NCBI GenBank assembly: GCA_039589315.1
Contig: JBDHHQ010000001.1
Coordinates: 1 to 64,000 of the forward strand
Length of the DNA: 64,000 nucleotides
DNA from: Gemmatimonadota bacterium
GTDB lineage: Bacteria; Gemmatimonadota; Gemmatimonadetes; Longimicrobiales; Gaopeijiaceae
Direction of reading: 5' to 3'
This document shows positions 29,360 to 42,256 of the stretch, piece after piece. Position numbers and translations under genes: made by a program. Position 1 is the stretch's first letter. Each line of letters starts with the position of its first letter. The notes under the pieces are model-generated. The model searched no databases. It worked only from the letters and a program-made list of their open reading frames with translations, and had not been told where the DNA came from.

Positions 29360-30207
29360 CCGCCGGAGCGGGGAGCGTGCCCGGCGAGGGTCGGATGGCC
29401 GGGAGCGGGGGCGTGTCGTTGCGGACCCTCTGGTGGACGGCACCTGAGCCGAGGGGTGCTGCCGTGGTCGTCCACGGCCTGGGCGAGCACGCGGCCCGGT
29501 ACGAGCACGTGGCGAGGGCGCTCAACGCTTCGGGGATCAGCACGTTCTCCCTCGATCACCGGGGACATGGCCTTTCGGCGGGGGACCGGGGCCACGCCGG
29601 GAGCTTCGAGTTGTTCCTGGAGGACCTCGATCGGGCCTGGTCCGAGGCGGAGCAGGTGTTGGGACGAGCACCCTCGTTCCTCATCGGGCACTCCCTCGGT
29701 GGCCTCATCAGCCTGGCGTGGACCGCGACCCGCGACCCGCGGCTGAAGGGCCTCGTCCTGTCCGCCCCGTGGCTCGCCACGGCCGCACCGGTGCCCTGGT
29801 GGAAAGTCGCCGTCGGTCGCCTCGCGGCGGGGGTCTTGCCCCGGATCCCCATGGACACAGGGACGAAAGCCGAGGTGCTGACCTCGGACCCGGAGGTCAT
29901 CGCAGCGTACGAGGCCGATCCCCTGGTGCACGCCACGATCACCCCGAGGTTGTACACCGAGGTGGAGCGCTGGCAGCAGTGGGTCCGACGCAGCGCGGAT
30001 CGGTTGAAGGTCCCGGCGCTGTTCTTCGTACCGGGGGCGGACCGTCTTGCAGACGCGTCGGCCACCCTGGAGCTGGCCGAATCGTTGCCCTCCGCACAGA
30101 CGACCATCGTCGAGCTGCCGGGCTTCCGTCACGAGCCGTTCAACGATACGGGCCGAGCCGAGGTCATCGCGCACCTGTGCTCCTGGCTCGCGGCTCGGAC
30201 GGTGTGA
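29356..30207 (+). CDS. Alpha/beta hydrolase, lysophospholipase family
   Basis: HGLGEH, DHRGHG, GHSLGG nucleophile elbow, HEP. Confidence 0.9.
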   Translation: MTAGAGSVPGEGRMAGSGGVSLRTLWWTAPEPRGAAVVVHGLGEHAARYEHVARALNASGISTFSLDHRGHGLSAGDRGHAGSFELFLEDLDRAWSEAEQVLGRAPSFLIGHSLGGLISLAWTATRDPRLKGLVLSAPWLATAAPVPWWKVAVGRLAAGVLPRIPMDTGTKAEVLTSDPEVIAAYEADPLVHATITPRLYTEVERWQQWVRRSADRLKVPALFFVPGADRLADASATLELAESLPSAQTTIVELPGFRHEPFNDTGRAEVIAHLCSWLAARTV

Positions 30208-30310
30208 GAACACGGCCCGCCCGGGTGGGTATTGCAGCCCTGGCTCGGTGGAGCCCTTTTGTCTCGATGTCCGGGGGTGACCCGGGCACCTGACGACCCA
30301 TGGACGACTG

Positions 30311-30991
30311 ATGACTAGACCCGACGAAGACCCGACCCTCACGGGGGCTGAGGAAGCATTGGAAGAGGCCGATCCCCTCGCGGCCCATGCCGACGCCGAG
30401 GGAGCGGTGGACAGCCAGGCCGCCGGCGCGGAAGAGAAGAACACCCATGCCGACGCCGAGGAAGCGGACCCGGTCCTGGCCTCGGACACACCCGAGCTCG
30501 CCGAGGAGCAGGAGGCCGAGGCGGAGCTCAGGAGCGAGGCCGAGCACGTTCAGGCCGAGATGGCGGAGCTTCACGACCGTCACCTGCGCCTGCGTGCGGA
30601 GTTCGACAACTACCGCAGGCGAGCCCAGGGCGAGATGATGGAGTCCTGGGTGCGAGCCCAGGCCGACCTGGTCCGGCGCCTGCTGGATCCCATCGACGAC
30701 ATCAAACGGGTGTCGGCCCTCGACCTGTCGAATGCCACCGTCGAGGCCATCATGGAGGGCGTCGACCTGGTGGAGCGCAAGGTCATGCGAGCCCTCGAGG
30801 AGGCCGGCCTCAAGGAGATCGACCCGGAGGGAGAGCCCTTCGACCCCAACATCATGGAAGCGATGATGCGGGTCCCTGCCGAATCGCCTGAGGACGACGA
30901 CCGGGTGCATCAGGTATTCCTCAAGGGCTACTTGCTCAAGGGACACCTGGTTCGCCCCGCCCGGGTGAGCGTCCTCAAGCACGACGCCTAG
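30311..30991 (+). CDS. grpE: Nucleotide exchange factor GrpE
   Basis: LRLRAEFDNYRRR, GEPFDPN, GY..LVRPARV. Confidence 0.95.
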   Translation: MTRPDEDPTLTGAEEALEEADPLAAHADAEGAVDSQAAGAEEKNTHADAEEADPVLASDTPELAEEQEAEAELRSEAEHVQAEMAELHDRHLRLRAEFDNYRRRAQGEMMESWVRAQADLVRRLLDPIDDIKRVSALDLSNATVEAIMEGVDLVERKVMRALEEAGLKEIDPEGEPFDPNIMEAMMRVPAESPEDDDRVHQVFLKGYLLKGHLVRPARVSVLKHDA

Positions 30992-31003
30992 GTCTCGGCA
31001 GCC

Positions 31004-32131
<1,128 letters not shown>

Positions 32132-32266
32132 GCCCCGCTACGCCGGCCGGAGCACGATGGGTACGGCGGGGGCATGGTCGTTTCCCTGCACAGCCGCGCC
32201 AGGGGCCCCGCGCGATCCGGTCCGCTCTACGGCCCAGCCACGGGAAGGGGTGGGGCCGCGGTGGGG

Positions 32267-33370
32267 TCAGACGGCGACGCCCCGGAGGGCGTGCTGGATC
32301 CGCCCGCCACCGAGCACCCGGTCCCCGTCGAAGATCACCGCTGACTGACCGGGCGTGATGGCCCGCTGCTCCTCATCGAAGGCCAACTCGAGGACCTCGC
32401 CCCCGCGCGCCACAGTCGCGGACACGGCGGCGGCCCGATACCTGGGCTGAACCTGCACACGGCTACCGGACGCCGGCGGAGGGGCGAGCCAGTTCAGCTC
32501 TCCGACCTCCACGCCGACGCTGCTCAGCTCTGCGAGCGGACCCACGACCACCGCCCGGGCCTCCGGCCAGATCTCGAGGACGTAGAGGGCCTCGGGGAAC
32601 CCGCCGCCCAACCCTCTCCGCTGGCCTACGGTGAAGCCTGCGTAGCCCCCGTGCTCGCCCAGGACCTCTCCCTCGCGGGTGACGATGGGGCCGGGCAGGA
32701 GCGATGGGTGGGCGAGGGGTAGCCGCTTCTCCAGGAAGTCGCGGTAATGGCCCGTCGGCACGAAGCAGATCTCCTGGGATTCGGGCTTGTCGGCCGTGAT
32801 GAGGCCCAGTTCCCGGGCCCGTGCCCGGACCTCGGTCTTGGTCAGCTCGCCGAGGGGGAACTCGAGGCGGGGGAGCATCTCCCGGGGGAGGCCCCAGAGG
32901 AAGTAGGACTGGTCCTTGGAGCCGTCGACCCCCCTCAATATCGCCGACGAGCTGGGGCCGTGGCGGACGCGCACGTAGTGCCCGGAAGCCACGGCATCGC
33001 ATCCCAGCAGCCGGCCCCGGGCGAGAAGGTCCCGGAACTTGGTGTTGGAGTTGCACCGGACGCAGGGATTCGGTGTCCGGCCGCGGGCGTACTCCGAGAC
33101 GAAGTCGTCGATCACGTCGCGGGTGAACTCCTCCTCCACGTCGTACACGTAGTGGGGGATGCCCAGGTCGTGCGCGACGCGGCGAGCGTCGGCGATTCCG
33201 TCCAGGCCGCAACACGTCTTCGCAGGCCCCGTAGTGCCGCTGTAGCAGAAGGTCTTCATGGTGGCGCCCACCACCTCGAACCCCTCCTCGACCAGCAACG
33301 CGGCCGCCACTGACGAGTCCACTCCGCCGGACATGGCCACCAGGACCCGCCGGGGTCGAGGCCGGCTCAC
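32267..33370 (-). CDS. mnmA: tRNA 2-thiouridine(34) synthase
   Basis: AMSGGVDS, TPNPCVRCN, KDQSYFL, ESQEICF, TPGQ; GTGA overlap with desulfurase. Confidence 0.96.
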   Translation of the reverse strand: MSRPRPRRVLVAMSGGVDSSVAAALLVEEGFEVVGATMKTFCYSGTTGPAKTCCGLDGIADARRVAHDLGIPHYVYDVEEEFTRDVIDDFVSEYARGRTPNPCVRCNSNTKFRDLLARGRLLGCDAVASGHYVRVRHGPSSSAILRGVDGSKDQSYFLWGLPREMLPRLEFPLGELTKTEVRARARELGLITADKPESQEICFVPTGHYRDFLEKRLPLAHPSLLPGPIVTREGEVLGEHGGYAGFTVGQRRGLGGGFPEALYVLEIWPEARAVVVGPLAELSSVGVEVGELNWLAPPPASGSRVQVQPRYRAAAVSATVARGGEVLELAFDEEQRAITPGQSAVIFDGDRVLGGGRIQHALRGVAV

Positions 33371-34530
33371 CCCCGAACGCTCCCGGCCAGCTCGCGGAGG
33401 CGCTCGATCACCTGCGACGCGACCCCGGCCGCACGACGCACGCGGCCGTCGTCCGAGAGGTGCCCCAGGCTGAACCGCACCGAGGCCTGGCTGGCGCCCG
33501 GGCCGTAGAGAGCCGTCAGGACGTGGCTGGCCTTCGAGGCGCCGCTGTGGCACGCCGAGCCGCTCGAGACGGCCACGCCTTCCATGTCCAGCGCTTGCAC
33601 CAAGGCGGTGGCGTCCACGCCGGGGACTCCCAGGTTGGCCACGTGGGGCGCACGGGTACCCTCGCCGCCGTGCACGGTGAGGTCCGGAAAGCGCTCCAAC
33701 AGCGACGACTCGAGGCCGTCACGCAGCGCCGCCAGGCGCAGGGACTCCCGGGGCTGCTCTTCGACGGCCAGGGCAATGGCCTCGGCCAACCCCACCGCGC
33801 CGGCCACGTCCTCGGTGCCCGGGCGTAGCCCGCGCTCCTGACCTCCTCCCACCAGACTCGGGACCAGCTCGGTTCCCTCGCGAACGAACAAGATGCCGGC
33901 CCCGCCGGGCCCGTAGATCTTGTGGCCGGTCACGGTGAGCAGGTCCACCGGTGTCTGGTCCACCCGGACCGGGATCTTGCCTATGGCCTGCACCGCGTCC
34001 GTGTGCATCGGTACGCCGGCTGCCCGAGCCCGGGCCGCCAGCTCGGGCACCGGCAGGACGAGCCCCACCTCGTTGTTCACCCACATCACCGAGAGGACGT
34101 CCGGGCGGAGCGACAGCACTTCGTCCAGGACGTCCCCGTCGAGGGATCCGTCGGGGTCGACCGGGATCCGGTGCGCATCGCCGCCCCGTGCCTCCACACG
34201 GTCCAGGGACTCCAGCACCGCCGAGTGCTCCACGGTGCTCGCCGCGACCCGGGGCCGGTCGCCCCGGGCGCGGGCGACGGCTGCCCGCCCGCGCACGGCC
34301 ATGTTGTCCGACTCGGTGCCGCCACGCACGAAGTAGATCTCCGTGGGGCGAGCGCCGAGAGCGGCCGCGACGCGCTCCCGCGCCTCTGCCAGGGCCGCGG
34401 CCGCCCTACGACCGAATCGGTGGACGCTGGAGGGGTTGCCGAAGGCCTCGCCCATCCACGGGTCCATGGCGTCGCGGACTTCGCGTCGGAGGGGTGTGGT
34501 GGCTGCGTGATCCAGGTAGATGGCGTCCAT
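33367..34530 (-). CDS. iscS: Cysteine desulfurase (class I, IscS/NifS)
   Basis: YLDHAATTP, GNPSSVH, HTDAVQA, GHKIYG, SSGSAC. Confidence 0.92.
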   Translation of the reverse strand: MDAIYLDHAATTPLRREVRDAMDPWMGEAFGNPSSVHRFGRRAAAALAEARERVAAALGARPTEIYFVRGGTESDNMAVRGRAAVARARGDRPRVAASTVEHSAVLESLDRVEARGGDAHRIPVDPDGSLDGDVLDEVLSLRPDVLSVMWVNNEVGLVLPVPELAARARAAGVPMHTDAVQAIGKIPVRVDQTPVDLLTVTGHKIYGPGGAGILFVREGTELVPSLVGGGQERGLRPGTEDVAGAVGLAEAIALAVEEQPRESLRLAALRDGLESSLLERFPDLTVHGGEGTRAPHVANLGVPGVDATALVQALDMEGVAVSSGSACHSGASKASHVLTALYGPGASQASVRFSLGHLSDDGRVRRAAGVASQVIERLRELAGSVRG

Positions 34531-34645
34531 GCGTCAGGTCGCGGCTCGAGGGAAGTCGGTCGGCGGCCTCCGCCATTGCACGGCAGGACGCCTTCGGTAA
34601 GTTATCGACGATGCGCCAGACCTGGAACCAACCTGGGAAGACCCC

Positions 34646-34984
34646 GTGACCCTCCGGCCCCCTCCGTTCCCCGAGGGCCGGCCTCGGCGGTTCCGCGCGA
34701 CCGTCCACGGGACCGTCTTCGCGGACCGGGACCGCCACCTCCCCGGCCTCGCGGCGGGCGACACCCTCGTGCTGATTCCCGATCCGCCCGGTCAGGACGA
34801 CCCCGACGTCTGGGTGCACCTCCGGTCCGGCGATCCGATTGGACACTTGCCGCCCGAGATCGGGGCCTGGTTGGCCCCCTGGATGCGGGGGGGTGGGGGG
34901 GCCAGGGCCCGGATGCTCAAGGTCGGAGGGGCGGACGTCCCGAGCTGGCGACGGGTCCTCGTGGAAGTGGACTGCGGAAGCTGA
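34646..34984 (+). CDS. Stand-alone HIRAN-like domain protein
   Basis: VHGTVF, L..GD.LVL.PD, VWVH, IGHLP pattern; possible promoter TTGCAC-16-TAAGTT at 34576-34603. Confidence 0.7.
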   Translation: MTLRPPPFPEGRPRRFRATVHGTVFADRDRHLPGLAAGDTLVLIPDPPGQDDPDVWVHLRSGDPIGHLPPEIGAWLAPWMRGGGGARARMLKVGGADVPSWRRVLVEVDCGS

Positions 34985-35005
34985 GGCTTAGTGTGGCGGT
35001 GCACA

Positions 35006-35728
35006 CTAGTAGGTGGAGATCCGGAGGCTCCCGAGGGTGTCGGCGGAGACGGTCTCGCGGGTCCAGAAGGGCTCCCCGTAGGGGACCCGGATGAGCGAGC
35101 CGTAGGCCGCCGACTGGGCTCGGATCTGCTCGTCCAAAGGCCGTCCACCGGGAAACACCTCACCGGCCTGCACGGCGCCGCCGAACTGAGAGACGTAGCA
35201 GGCCACCGCTTCCAGCTTGCGCTCGACCTGGTCGGTGACGTCCACCACGAACGTGGGCTTCACTGCATCCTCCCGGAAGGTCATGGCGTGGACGACCTTG
35301 TCCGGCCGGTGCGCCTGGCCCGGTGCGTCGAATCCCTTCAGCCCCGCGAGGAAGCTGGCGTCGTAGACCAGCTCAGCGGCCCGTCGGTGGTCCGGGTGGC
35401 GACCGCTCATGAAATGGGTCACGACGATCCGGGGACGGAGCTCCCGGATCAACGCGGCCACGGTGCGGCGAGCTTCAGGCGTGCTGGCCAGACGCGTGTC
35501 GGGCAGGCCCGCGTTGCGGCGGACCGCCAGGCCCAGGATCTCGGCTGCCCGGGCCGCCTCGTCGGCTCGCTGCTTGGGCGTGCCCAACGTCCCGGCCTCG
35601 CCACGGGTCAGGTCGACGATTCCGGTGCGCTCTCCTGCATCGGCGCTCTTGGCCAGCGAGCCGCCGCACAGCAGCTCCGCGTCGTCGGGGTGGGCCATGA
35701 TGGCCACGACGTCCAGGGGTTCGCTCAA
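35006..35728 (-). CDS. bshB1: PIG-L family deacetylase, bacillithiol BshB1-like
   Basis: AHPDDAEL, DLTRGEAGT, RHPDH, FLAGL, YGEPF. Confidence 0.85.
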   Translation of the reverse strand: MSEPLDVVAIMAHPDDAELLCGGSLAKSADAGERTGIVDLTRGEAGTLGTPKQRADEAARAAEILGLAVRRNAGLPDTRLASTPEARRTVAALIRELRPRIVVTHFMSGRHPDHRRAAELVYDASFLAGLKGFDAPGQAHRPDKVVHAMTFREDAVKPTFVVDVTDQVERKLEAVACYVSQFGGAVQAGEVFPGGRPLDEQIRAQSAAYGSLIRVPYGEPFWTRETVSADTLGSLRISTY

Positions 35729-35735
35729 GGCTCGT

Positions 35736-37007
<1,272 letters not shown>

Positions 37008-37097
37008 GGGCTCACCTCCCGTCGGACCCGACCCTCTGTCCGGCGCCCGCAGGGCGGCGGGCGGCGATCGGCCCAGGGACGCACGGTGACGGTGGCA

Positions 37098-38336
37098 TCA
37101 CTCATAGCGGAGCGCGTCCACGGGGTCGAGTCGGGCGGCCCGAGCCGCCGGGTAGACGCCGGCCACCACGCCCACGGTCACGCCGAGCGCGACGCCGACG
37201 GCGATCCACCGGGGGGCCACGGCAGCCGGCAGCGGGGACACCGCGCCCACCAGGATCGTCAAGCCGATCCCGATGCCCACGCCCAGCAGGGCGCCGAAAC
37301 CCGACAGGGTGGCCGACTCGATGAGCACCTGGATCAGGATGTCGCGCTGCCTGGCTCCGATGGCCTTGCGCACGCCGATCTCCCGCGTCCGCTCCATGAC
37401 AGAGACCAGCATGATGTTCATGATCACGATGCCACCGACGACCAACGAGATGGAGACCAGACCCGGCAGCGCGAGGAAGAGGATCCGGGAGATGCGGTCC
37501 CAGAACGAGAGCGAGGCGTCGGCGGTGACCAGGGCGAAGTTGTTCTCCTCCGCCGGTCGCAGCCGCCGCCGGACCCTCATGATCCCTTCGGCCTCCATGG
37601 CGACGGCGTCCATCAGCCCGGGATCGTCGGTCTGGATGAGAACGTCCTCGACCACGTTGCCCCGCGTCATGTACCGACGGATCGGGGAGTGGATCGGCAT
37701 CACGGCTATGTTGTCCAGAGACTGGCCCAGAATGGAGCCTTGTTCTTCGAGCACGCCGATTACCCGGTACGGGAAGCCCCGCACCTGAACACGCTGGCCT
37801 ATGGGGTCGGAGTCCGGGAAGAGGATCCCCACGGTCTCGGTGCCCAGCACCGCCACAGGGACTCCCTGCTCGGCCTCTTCGGGCGAGAAGGGCCGGCCCA
37901 GCGCCACGTCCAGGTCCCGGATCTCGAAGACTTCCGGCGTGGCGGCAACGAGGATGACGTTCTCCACGCTCCGGCCTCTCGGCCCCTCGATCTCGCCGCT
38001 CCGGTCGTTCAAGACGCCGACGCGCACGGGGAGGGTGAGCCGTTCGCGGAGGTACTGGGCGTCCTCGAACTCGACGGGAGGACGGCGGGCCCAGGCACGA
38101 CGCTGCTCGTCGCTGGTGTTGATCTGGATGTCGGTGCGGCGGAGCGTGACGGTGTTGAGGCCGAAGACCTGCTCCGCGAAGTCCTCTTTGATGTACTGGT
38201 CCAGGCCCTCGACGACGCTGACCACGACGATGAGGAACATCACCCCTATCACGACGCCCAGGACGCTGAAGAAGCTCTTCAGCTTCTGGCTGTGGATCTG
38301 GCCGAAGGCCAGCCGGATCCCCTCCCAGACGTGCAT
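37098..38336 (-). CDS. MacB/FtsX-family ABC permease (no ATPase domain)
   Basis: GGIVIMNIMLVSVMERTREIGVRKAIGA, PAARAARLDP. Confidence 0.93.
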   Translation of the reverse strand: MHVWEGIRLAFGQIHSQKLKSFFSVLGVVIGVMFLIVVVSVVEGLDQYIKEDFAEQVFGLNTVTLRRTDIQINTSDEQRRAWARRPPVEFEDAQYLRERLTLPVRVGVLNDRSGEIEGPRGRSVENVILVAATPEVFEIRDLDVALGRPFSPEEAEQGVPVAVLGTETVGILFPDSDPIGQRVQVRGFPYRVIGVLEEQGSILGQSLDNIAVMPIHSPIRRYMTRGNVVEDVLIQTDDPGLMDAVAMEAEGIMRVRRRLRPAEENNFALVTADASLSFWDRISRILFLALPGLVSISLVVGGIVIMNIMLVSVMERTREIGVRKAIGARQRDILIQVLIESATLSGFGALLGVGIGIGLTILVGAVSPLPAAVAPRWIAVGVALGVTVGVVAGVYPAARAARLDPVDALRYE

Positions 38337-38356
38337 GGCTCAGACCCCCTTCCGCA

Positions 38357-39661
38357 TCAGTACTCGGGGCCCCCTGCCCTGCCCTCGGCGTTGGATTCCG
38401 CCTCCTTGACGGCGTCCCCGTCGCTCAGGTTCCGGATCCGCTGGTAGGGTCCCGCCACCACCGTGTCCCCCTCTTCGACGCCCGCCACGACCTCGAAGTA
38501 CTCCTGTCCGGTGATGCCGATCTCCACCTCAGCGAACGTCACGGTCCCTTCCGTGACCACGAAGACGCCTTCGGTAGGCTTGTCGAGACGGCTGCGGGCC
38601 ACCGGCCCTTCCGGACGCTGCTCGGTCTCGTCCTCCTCGTCGGGGGGGGCGCGGTCGCCGTCCCCGTCCTCCCGCACGGTCACGGAGATGATGGGCACGG
38701 CCAGGACGTCCCTCCGCGTGTCTATGATGACGTCGGCGGTAGCGGACAGATCCGGGCGGATGTTGTCCGGTGGGTCGGTCATCGTGATCACCACCTCGAA
38801 GTCGACGGCCTGGGCCTGGCCGGCAGCGGCCGTGGACGAAGGCGGCCGGATGGCGCTGTTGCCAATCTCGGTCACCCGGCCGTCGAACCGGGTGTCGGGG
38901 AAGGCGTCCAGCTCCACGACCGCGCTGTCCCCCAGAGCGACGAGGGGCACGTCGGTCTCATCCACCTCCATCACGGCTTCCACGACCGAGAGGTCCGACA
39001 CGGTCAGGAGGAGGCTCCCCGGGTTGTTCATCGTCCCGATGACGACGGTCTCGCCCAGCTCGATGTTGAGGCGCGTGACTTTGCCGGAGATGGGGGCTCG
39101 GATGACCGTCTTGGACAAGAACTCCTGGGCTTCCGTCAAGGCGGCCCGGGCCTGGGCGACCCCGAACTCCAGGGACTGCTGCTGAGCCCGGGCCACCTGG
39201 AGAGCCGTCTCGGCGTCCTGCACCTGCTGGGTCGAGACGAGCAGTGAGTCCCGCTGGCTCAAGGCCAAGATGCGGTCGTAGTCACGCTGGGCACGGATGA
39301 CGTGGGCCTCCTGCTCCAGCACCCGGGCCTGGGCCTGGCTCAGCGCACCCTCGTTCCGGGCGACGGCAGCCTGATACTGGGTCGGATCGATGCGGAGCAG
39401 GATGGCCCGGGCCTGGACGTCGTCTCCCTCGTCGACGTTGAGCTCCACCACGCGGCCCTGGACGTCGGCGCTGATGTCCACGGTCCGCCGGGCCCGCACG
39501 TGGCCGCTGGCGGTCACGGTGGCCACCAGATCCCGGCGCCCCACCTCCTCGAGTCGGACCTCAACGCCCCGATCCCGACCCTGAAGGACGGCCAGGACGG
39601 CCGCAGCGGCCACCACGAGGACCACCACTATCCCAACCACCACCTTGCGTCGTGAGCTCAT
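38357..39661 (-). CDS. MacA-like periplasmic adaptor subunit
   Basis: N-terminal anchor, lipoyl half-motifs V.EGD.V and IRAPISGKV, VDETDV. Confidence 0.92.
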   Translation of the reverse strand: MSSRRKVVVGIVVVLVVAAAAVLAVLQGRDRGVEVRLEEVGRRDLVATVTASGHVRARRTVDISADVQGRVVELNVDEGDDVQARAILLRIDPTQYQAAVARNEGALSQAQARVLEQEAHVIRAQRDYDRILALSQRDSLLVSTQQVQDAETALQVARAQQQSLEFGVAQARAALTEAQEFLSKTVIRAPISGKVTRLNIELGETVVIGTMNNPGSLLLTVSDLSVVEAVMEVDETDVPLVALGDSAVVELDAFPDTRFDGRVTEIGNSAIRPPSSTAAAGQAQAVDFEVVITMTDPPDNIRPDLSATADVIIDTRRDVLAVPIISVTVREDGDGDRAPPDEEDETEQRPEGPVARSRLDKPTEGVFVVTEGTVTFAEVEIGITGQEYFEVVAGVEEGDTVVAGPYQRIRNLSDGDAVKEAESNAEGRAGGPEY

Positions 39662-39694
39662 TGGGTGCCTCGGTGCGTGCTCCGATGTCTGTCG

Positions 39695-41200
39695 CTACTG
39701 GTCGCGCAACGACGTTCCCACGACGGCCTCGAGCCGGGCCAGCGTGTCATGATAGGCGAAGACGGCGGCGATCAGCTCCCGGTCCGCCTGAGCCTTCACC
39801 GTCTCCGCCTCCACCAGCTCCACGAAGCTGGTGAACCCGAGCTGGTACTGCTCTCGGGCCAGCCGGAGTTGCTCGTCTGCGAGCTGTTGGTTCCGCTGCT
39901 CGATCAGAGCAGCCTGGTACGCCGCTCGGAGCCGCGCCAGCCCCGAGCCGATTTCGGCCTGAAGCGCCAGCTGCTGCTCACGGATGCGGTAGTCGAAATC
40001 CTCTCGCTGGACCTGGGCGGCCTCCACGTCGCGCTGACGGTTCAAGCCCTGGAATATGGGCAGGTTGACGGTCAGGCCCACCTGGGCCGGCTGGGCCGTG
40101 AAGTTGAACGGGAACTGGCTGTTGCCGCTCACGATGGCGTCACGCTGCGCGTCGGTGAACGCGAAGGCGTTGCAGTCCTGGGTGGGCAGGGGGTCCGCCA
40201 GGCGCCGGAACAGCTCGTTCAGCGCGGCGCAGTTCTGCATCTGGTTCTGGGCCGCAGCTTGACCCTGTGCCAGCAGGAATCCGGTATTGCTGGCTTCGCG
40301 GGTGAATCCCCCGATGCCGGCCTGGACGTTCAGTCGCGGGAGGTACGCCGACTTCGCGATACGCACGTCGTAGTCCGACGCGTCGCGGTTGGCTCTGAGG
40401 GCCCCGAGAGTCGGGTTCATGTCCAGCGCCAGGTCGTACAGGTCCAGACCGTCGAAGACGGGCTCGAAGAGATCGAACGTCGAAGTCAGGTCGTGACGCC
40501 GATCCAGGTCCAGGCCCAGACGTCTCAGCAGCTCGAACCGCTGGGCCTCCAGGTCACTCGTCGTCACCAGGATCGCCACCTCGGCTCGACCCACCGCCAC
40601 CTCGGCCTGCTGCACGTCGATGATGGTGGCCGATCCCACTTCGCGGCGGCCCCGGGCGAGGCGGACATTGTACTCGGCCCGCTCGAGCTCCTCCCTGGCA
40701 ACCCGAAGACGCTCCTGCTCGTTCAGCACGTTCAGGTACGCCTGCGTCACACCGAGCACCAGCTCGGCGTCTGCGGTGCGGATGTCGGCCTCCGTCGCGG
40801 TGCGCCAGGCCTTGGCCTGACCCGGTTGGAGGATCGTACGGCCGTCCAGCAGATAGCTCAGTCCCAGGCTGTAGCTGGAGAAGTAGTACGACGGCGGATC
40901 CACGACGCCCAGCTCCGCAGCCGTGATGCTCCCGAAGACCTGTTCGCCGCCGCCCTGCCAGGACACCCCGGCGTTTGCCGAGAGTGAGGGAATCAGCGAT
41001 CCGTATGCCGACTTCACGTCCCAGTCGGCGACCGCGCGGCCGTTCCTCACGACCTGGAAGGCGGGGTTGTATTGTCGCGCCGTGACGAGGGCCTCTTCCA
41101 GTGTGAGGTCCACCGCCTCGTCTTCCTGTCCGGCCGCCGGGCTGGCCAGGGCCAGAATCGCGAGGCCAGCCACGGTGGCGGGTATTCCGAGCTTGAGCAC
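39695..41200 (-). CDS. TolC family outer membrane channel
   Basis: Signal peptide, LTLEEAL, two OEP repeats, LPIFQG. Confidence 0.9.
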   Translation of the reverse strand: MLKLGIPATVAGLAILALASPAAGQEDEAVDLTLEEALVTARQYNPAFQVVRNGRAVADWDVKSAYGSLIPSLSANAGVSWQGGGEQVFGSITAAELGVVDPPSYYFSSYSLGLSYLLDGRTILQPGQAKAWRTATEADIRTADAELVLGVTQAYLNVLNEQERLRVAREELERAEYNVRLARGRREVGSATIIDVQQAEVAVGRAEVAILVTTSDLEAQRFELLRRLGLDLDRRHDLTSTFDLFEPVFDGLDLYDLALDMNPTLGALRANRDASDYDVRIAKSAYLPRLNVQAGIGGFTREASNTGFLLAQGQAAAQNQMQNCAALNELFRRLADPLPTQDCNAFAFTDAQRDAIVSGNSQFPFNFTAQPAQVGLTVNLPIFQGLNRQRDVEAAQVQREDFDYRIREQQLALQAEIGSGLARLRAAYQAALIEQRNQQLADEQLRLAREQYQLGFTSFVELVEAETVKAQADRELIAAVFAYHDTLARLEAVVGTSLRDQ

Positions 41201-41415
41201 GTTCAGCTCCTGAATGCCATTTCGAGAGATTTCGCTCCTCCCCCCGCGTCTCCCCGGATCATCCCCATCCCCGCGCCGGGGGGTTCATCGTTCTACACAG
41301 ATGTTTACGGCCGAGGGACCCTGGCAAGGATCCCGTGCCGCTCGAGTCGTCGCCCGAGCGTTTGCAGAGCTTACGGAGAACGGAGGCGGCTCCTTCAAGA
41401 GACGGGCGCAGTCCG

Positions 41416-42123
41416 TCAGCCTCGGGGCGGATCCTGGCGGTTGGCGATGAAGCCGAGTGCGGGATCCTCGACGCGCAGGACCCGTCCCTGCCCGTCGAGC
41501 CACACCTCCCGCCGGTCGTCGCCGCTGGTCAGGGTGACATGCGTCGCGTCCAACGACGCGCTCCCCACGCGAACGGATGCTCCTGTCTCCACAGTCACCA
41601 GGAAGCGGCTGACGTCGCCCGCCCTGGGTGTCAGGACCCAGACCGACTCGGCTTCCGCCGCGAGGGCTGGTGCGAGGAGGAAGTACTGATGGGCGACAGC
41701 CTCCTCCAGGATCACCGAGCCGGGCCTGAATCGGAACTCCCGCTGCTGCTCTCCGGCGTCGGATCGGACATTGGCCACGAACCGGCGTCCCTCGGCTCGC
41801 AGGTAGATCTCCTCTCTTTCGTCTCCCGACACTTCCACCTGGTAGGCGTAGACGCCGAGCGCTCGCCCCCGTGCCTCGAGAAGCGGCACGACGTCTCGGG
41901 CGCCGGAAGGCAGCGACCACTGGATGTGACCCTGGGCGATCACGCGGGCGTCATCGCCCGAGCCGGCACGACGCACGGTGAAGGTCTCCGTGCCCGCGCC
42001 TCCGCCGGCCAGGGACACCGAGAACGCACCCTCGTCGAGGGTCACGTTCTGAGCGACCGCCCCGCCACCGGGAGGGAACACCAGGCCGCCTGCCATCAGT
42101 AGTGCAATGTGAAGACGCGTCAT
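41416..42123 (-). CDS. Exported beta-rich hypothetical protein
   Basis: Signal peptide MTRLHIALL...AVAQ; REVWLD-QGRVLRV C-terminus. Confidence 0.7.
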   Translation of the reverse strand: MTRLHIALLMAGGLVFPPGGGAVAQNVTLDEGAFSVSLAGGGAGTETFTVRRAGSGDDARVIAQGHIQWSLPSGARDVVPLLEARGRALGVYAYQVEVSGDEREEIYLRAEGRRFVANVRSDAGEQQREFRFRPGSVILEEAVAHQYFLLAPALAAEAESVWVLTPRAGDVSRFLVTVETGASVRVGSASLDATHVTLTSGDDRREVWLDGQGRVLRVEDPALGFIANRQDPPRG

Positions 42124-42256
42124 GGATCCGTCCGATGCGCAGGAGGCACGCCGTTCGCGCTTCCGCCGAGTCGCCCGCTGATACACGGCGCTCGGTAAGA
42201 GGTTCGCGGGTTCCCCCGCTCTGGGAGGAGCACGAGAACGAGGCTGCAGCGGGAGC

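Noticed and set aside
41321..41340. sigma54 promoter upstream of tolC (CGGCAC...TTGC on minus strand)
   Set aside because: GG-to-GC spacing is 12 rather than the required 10.
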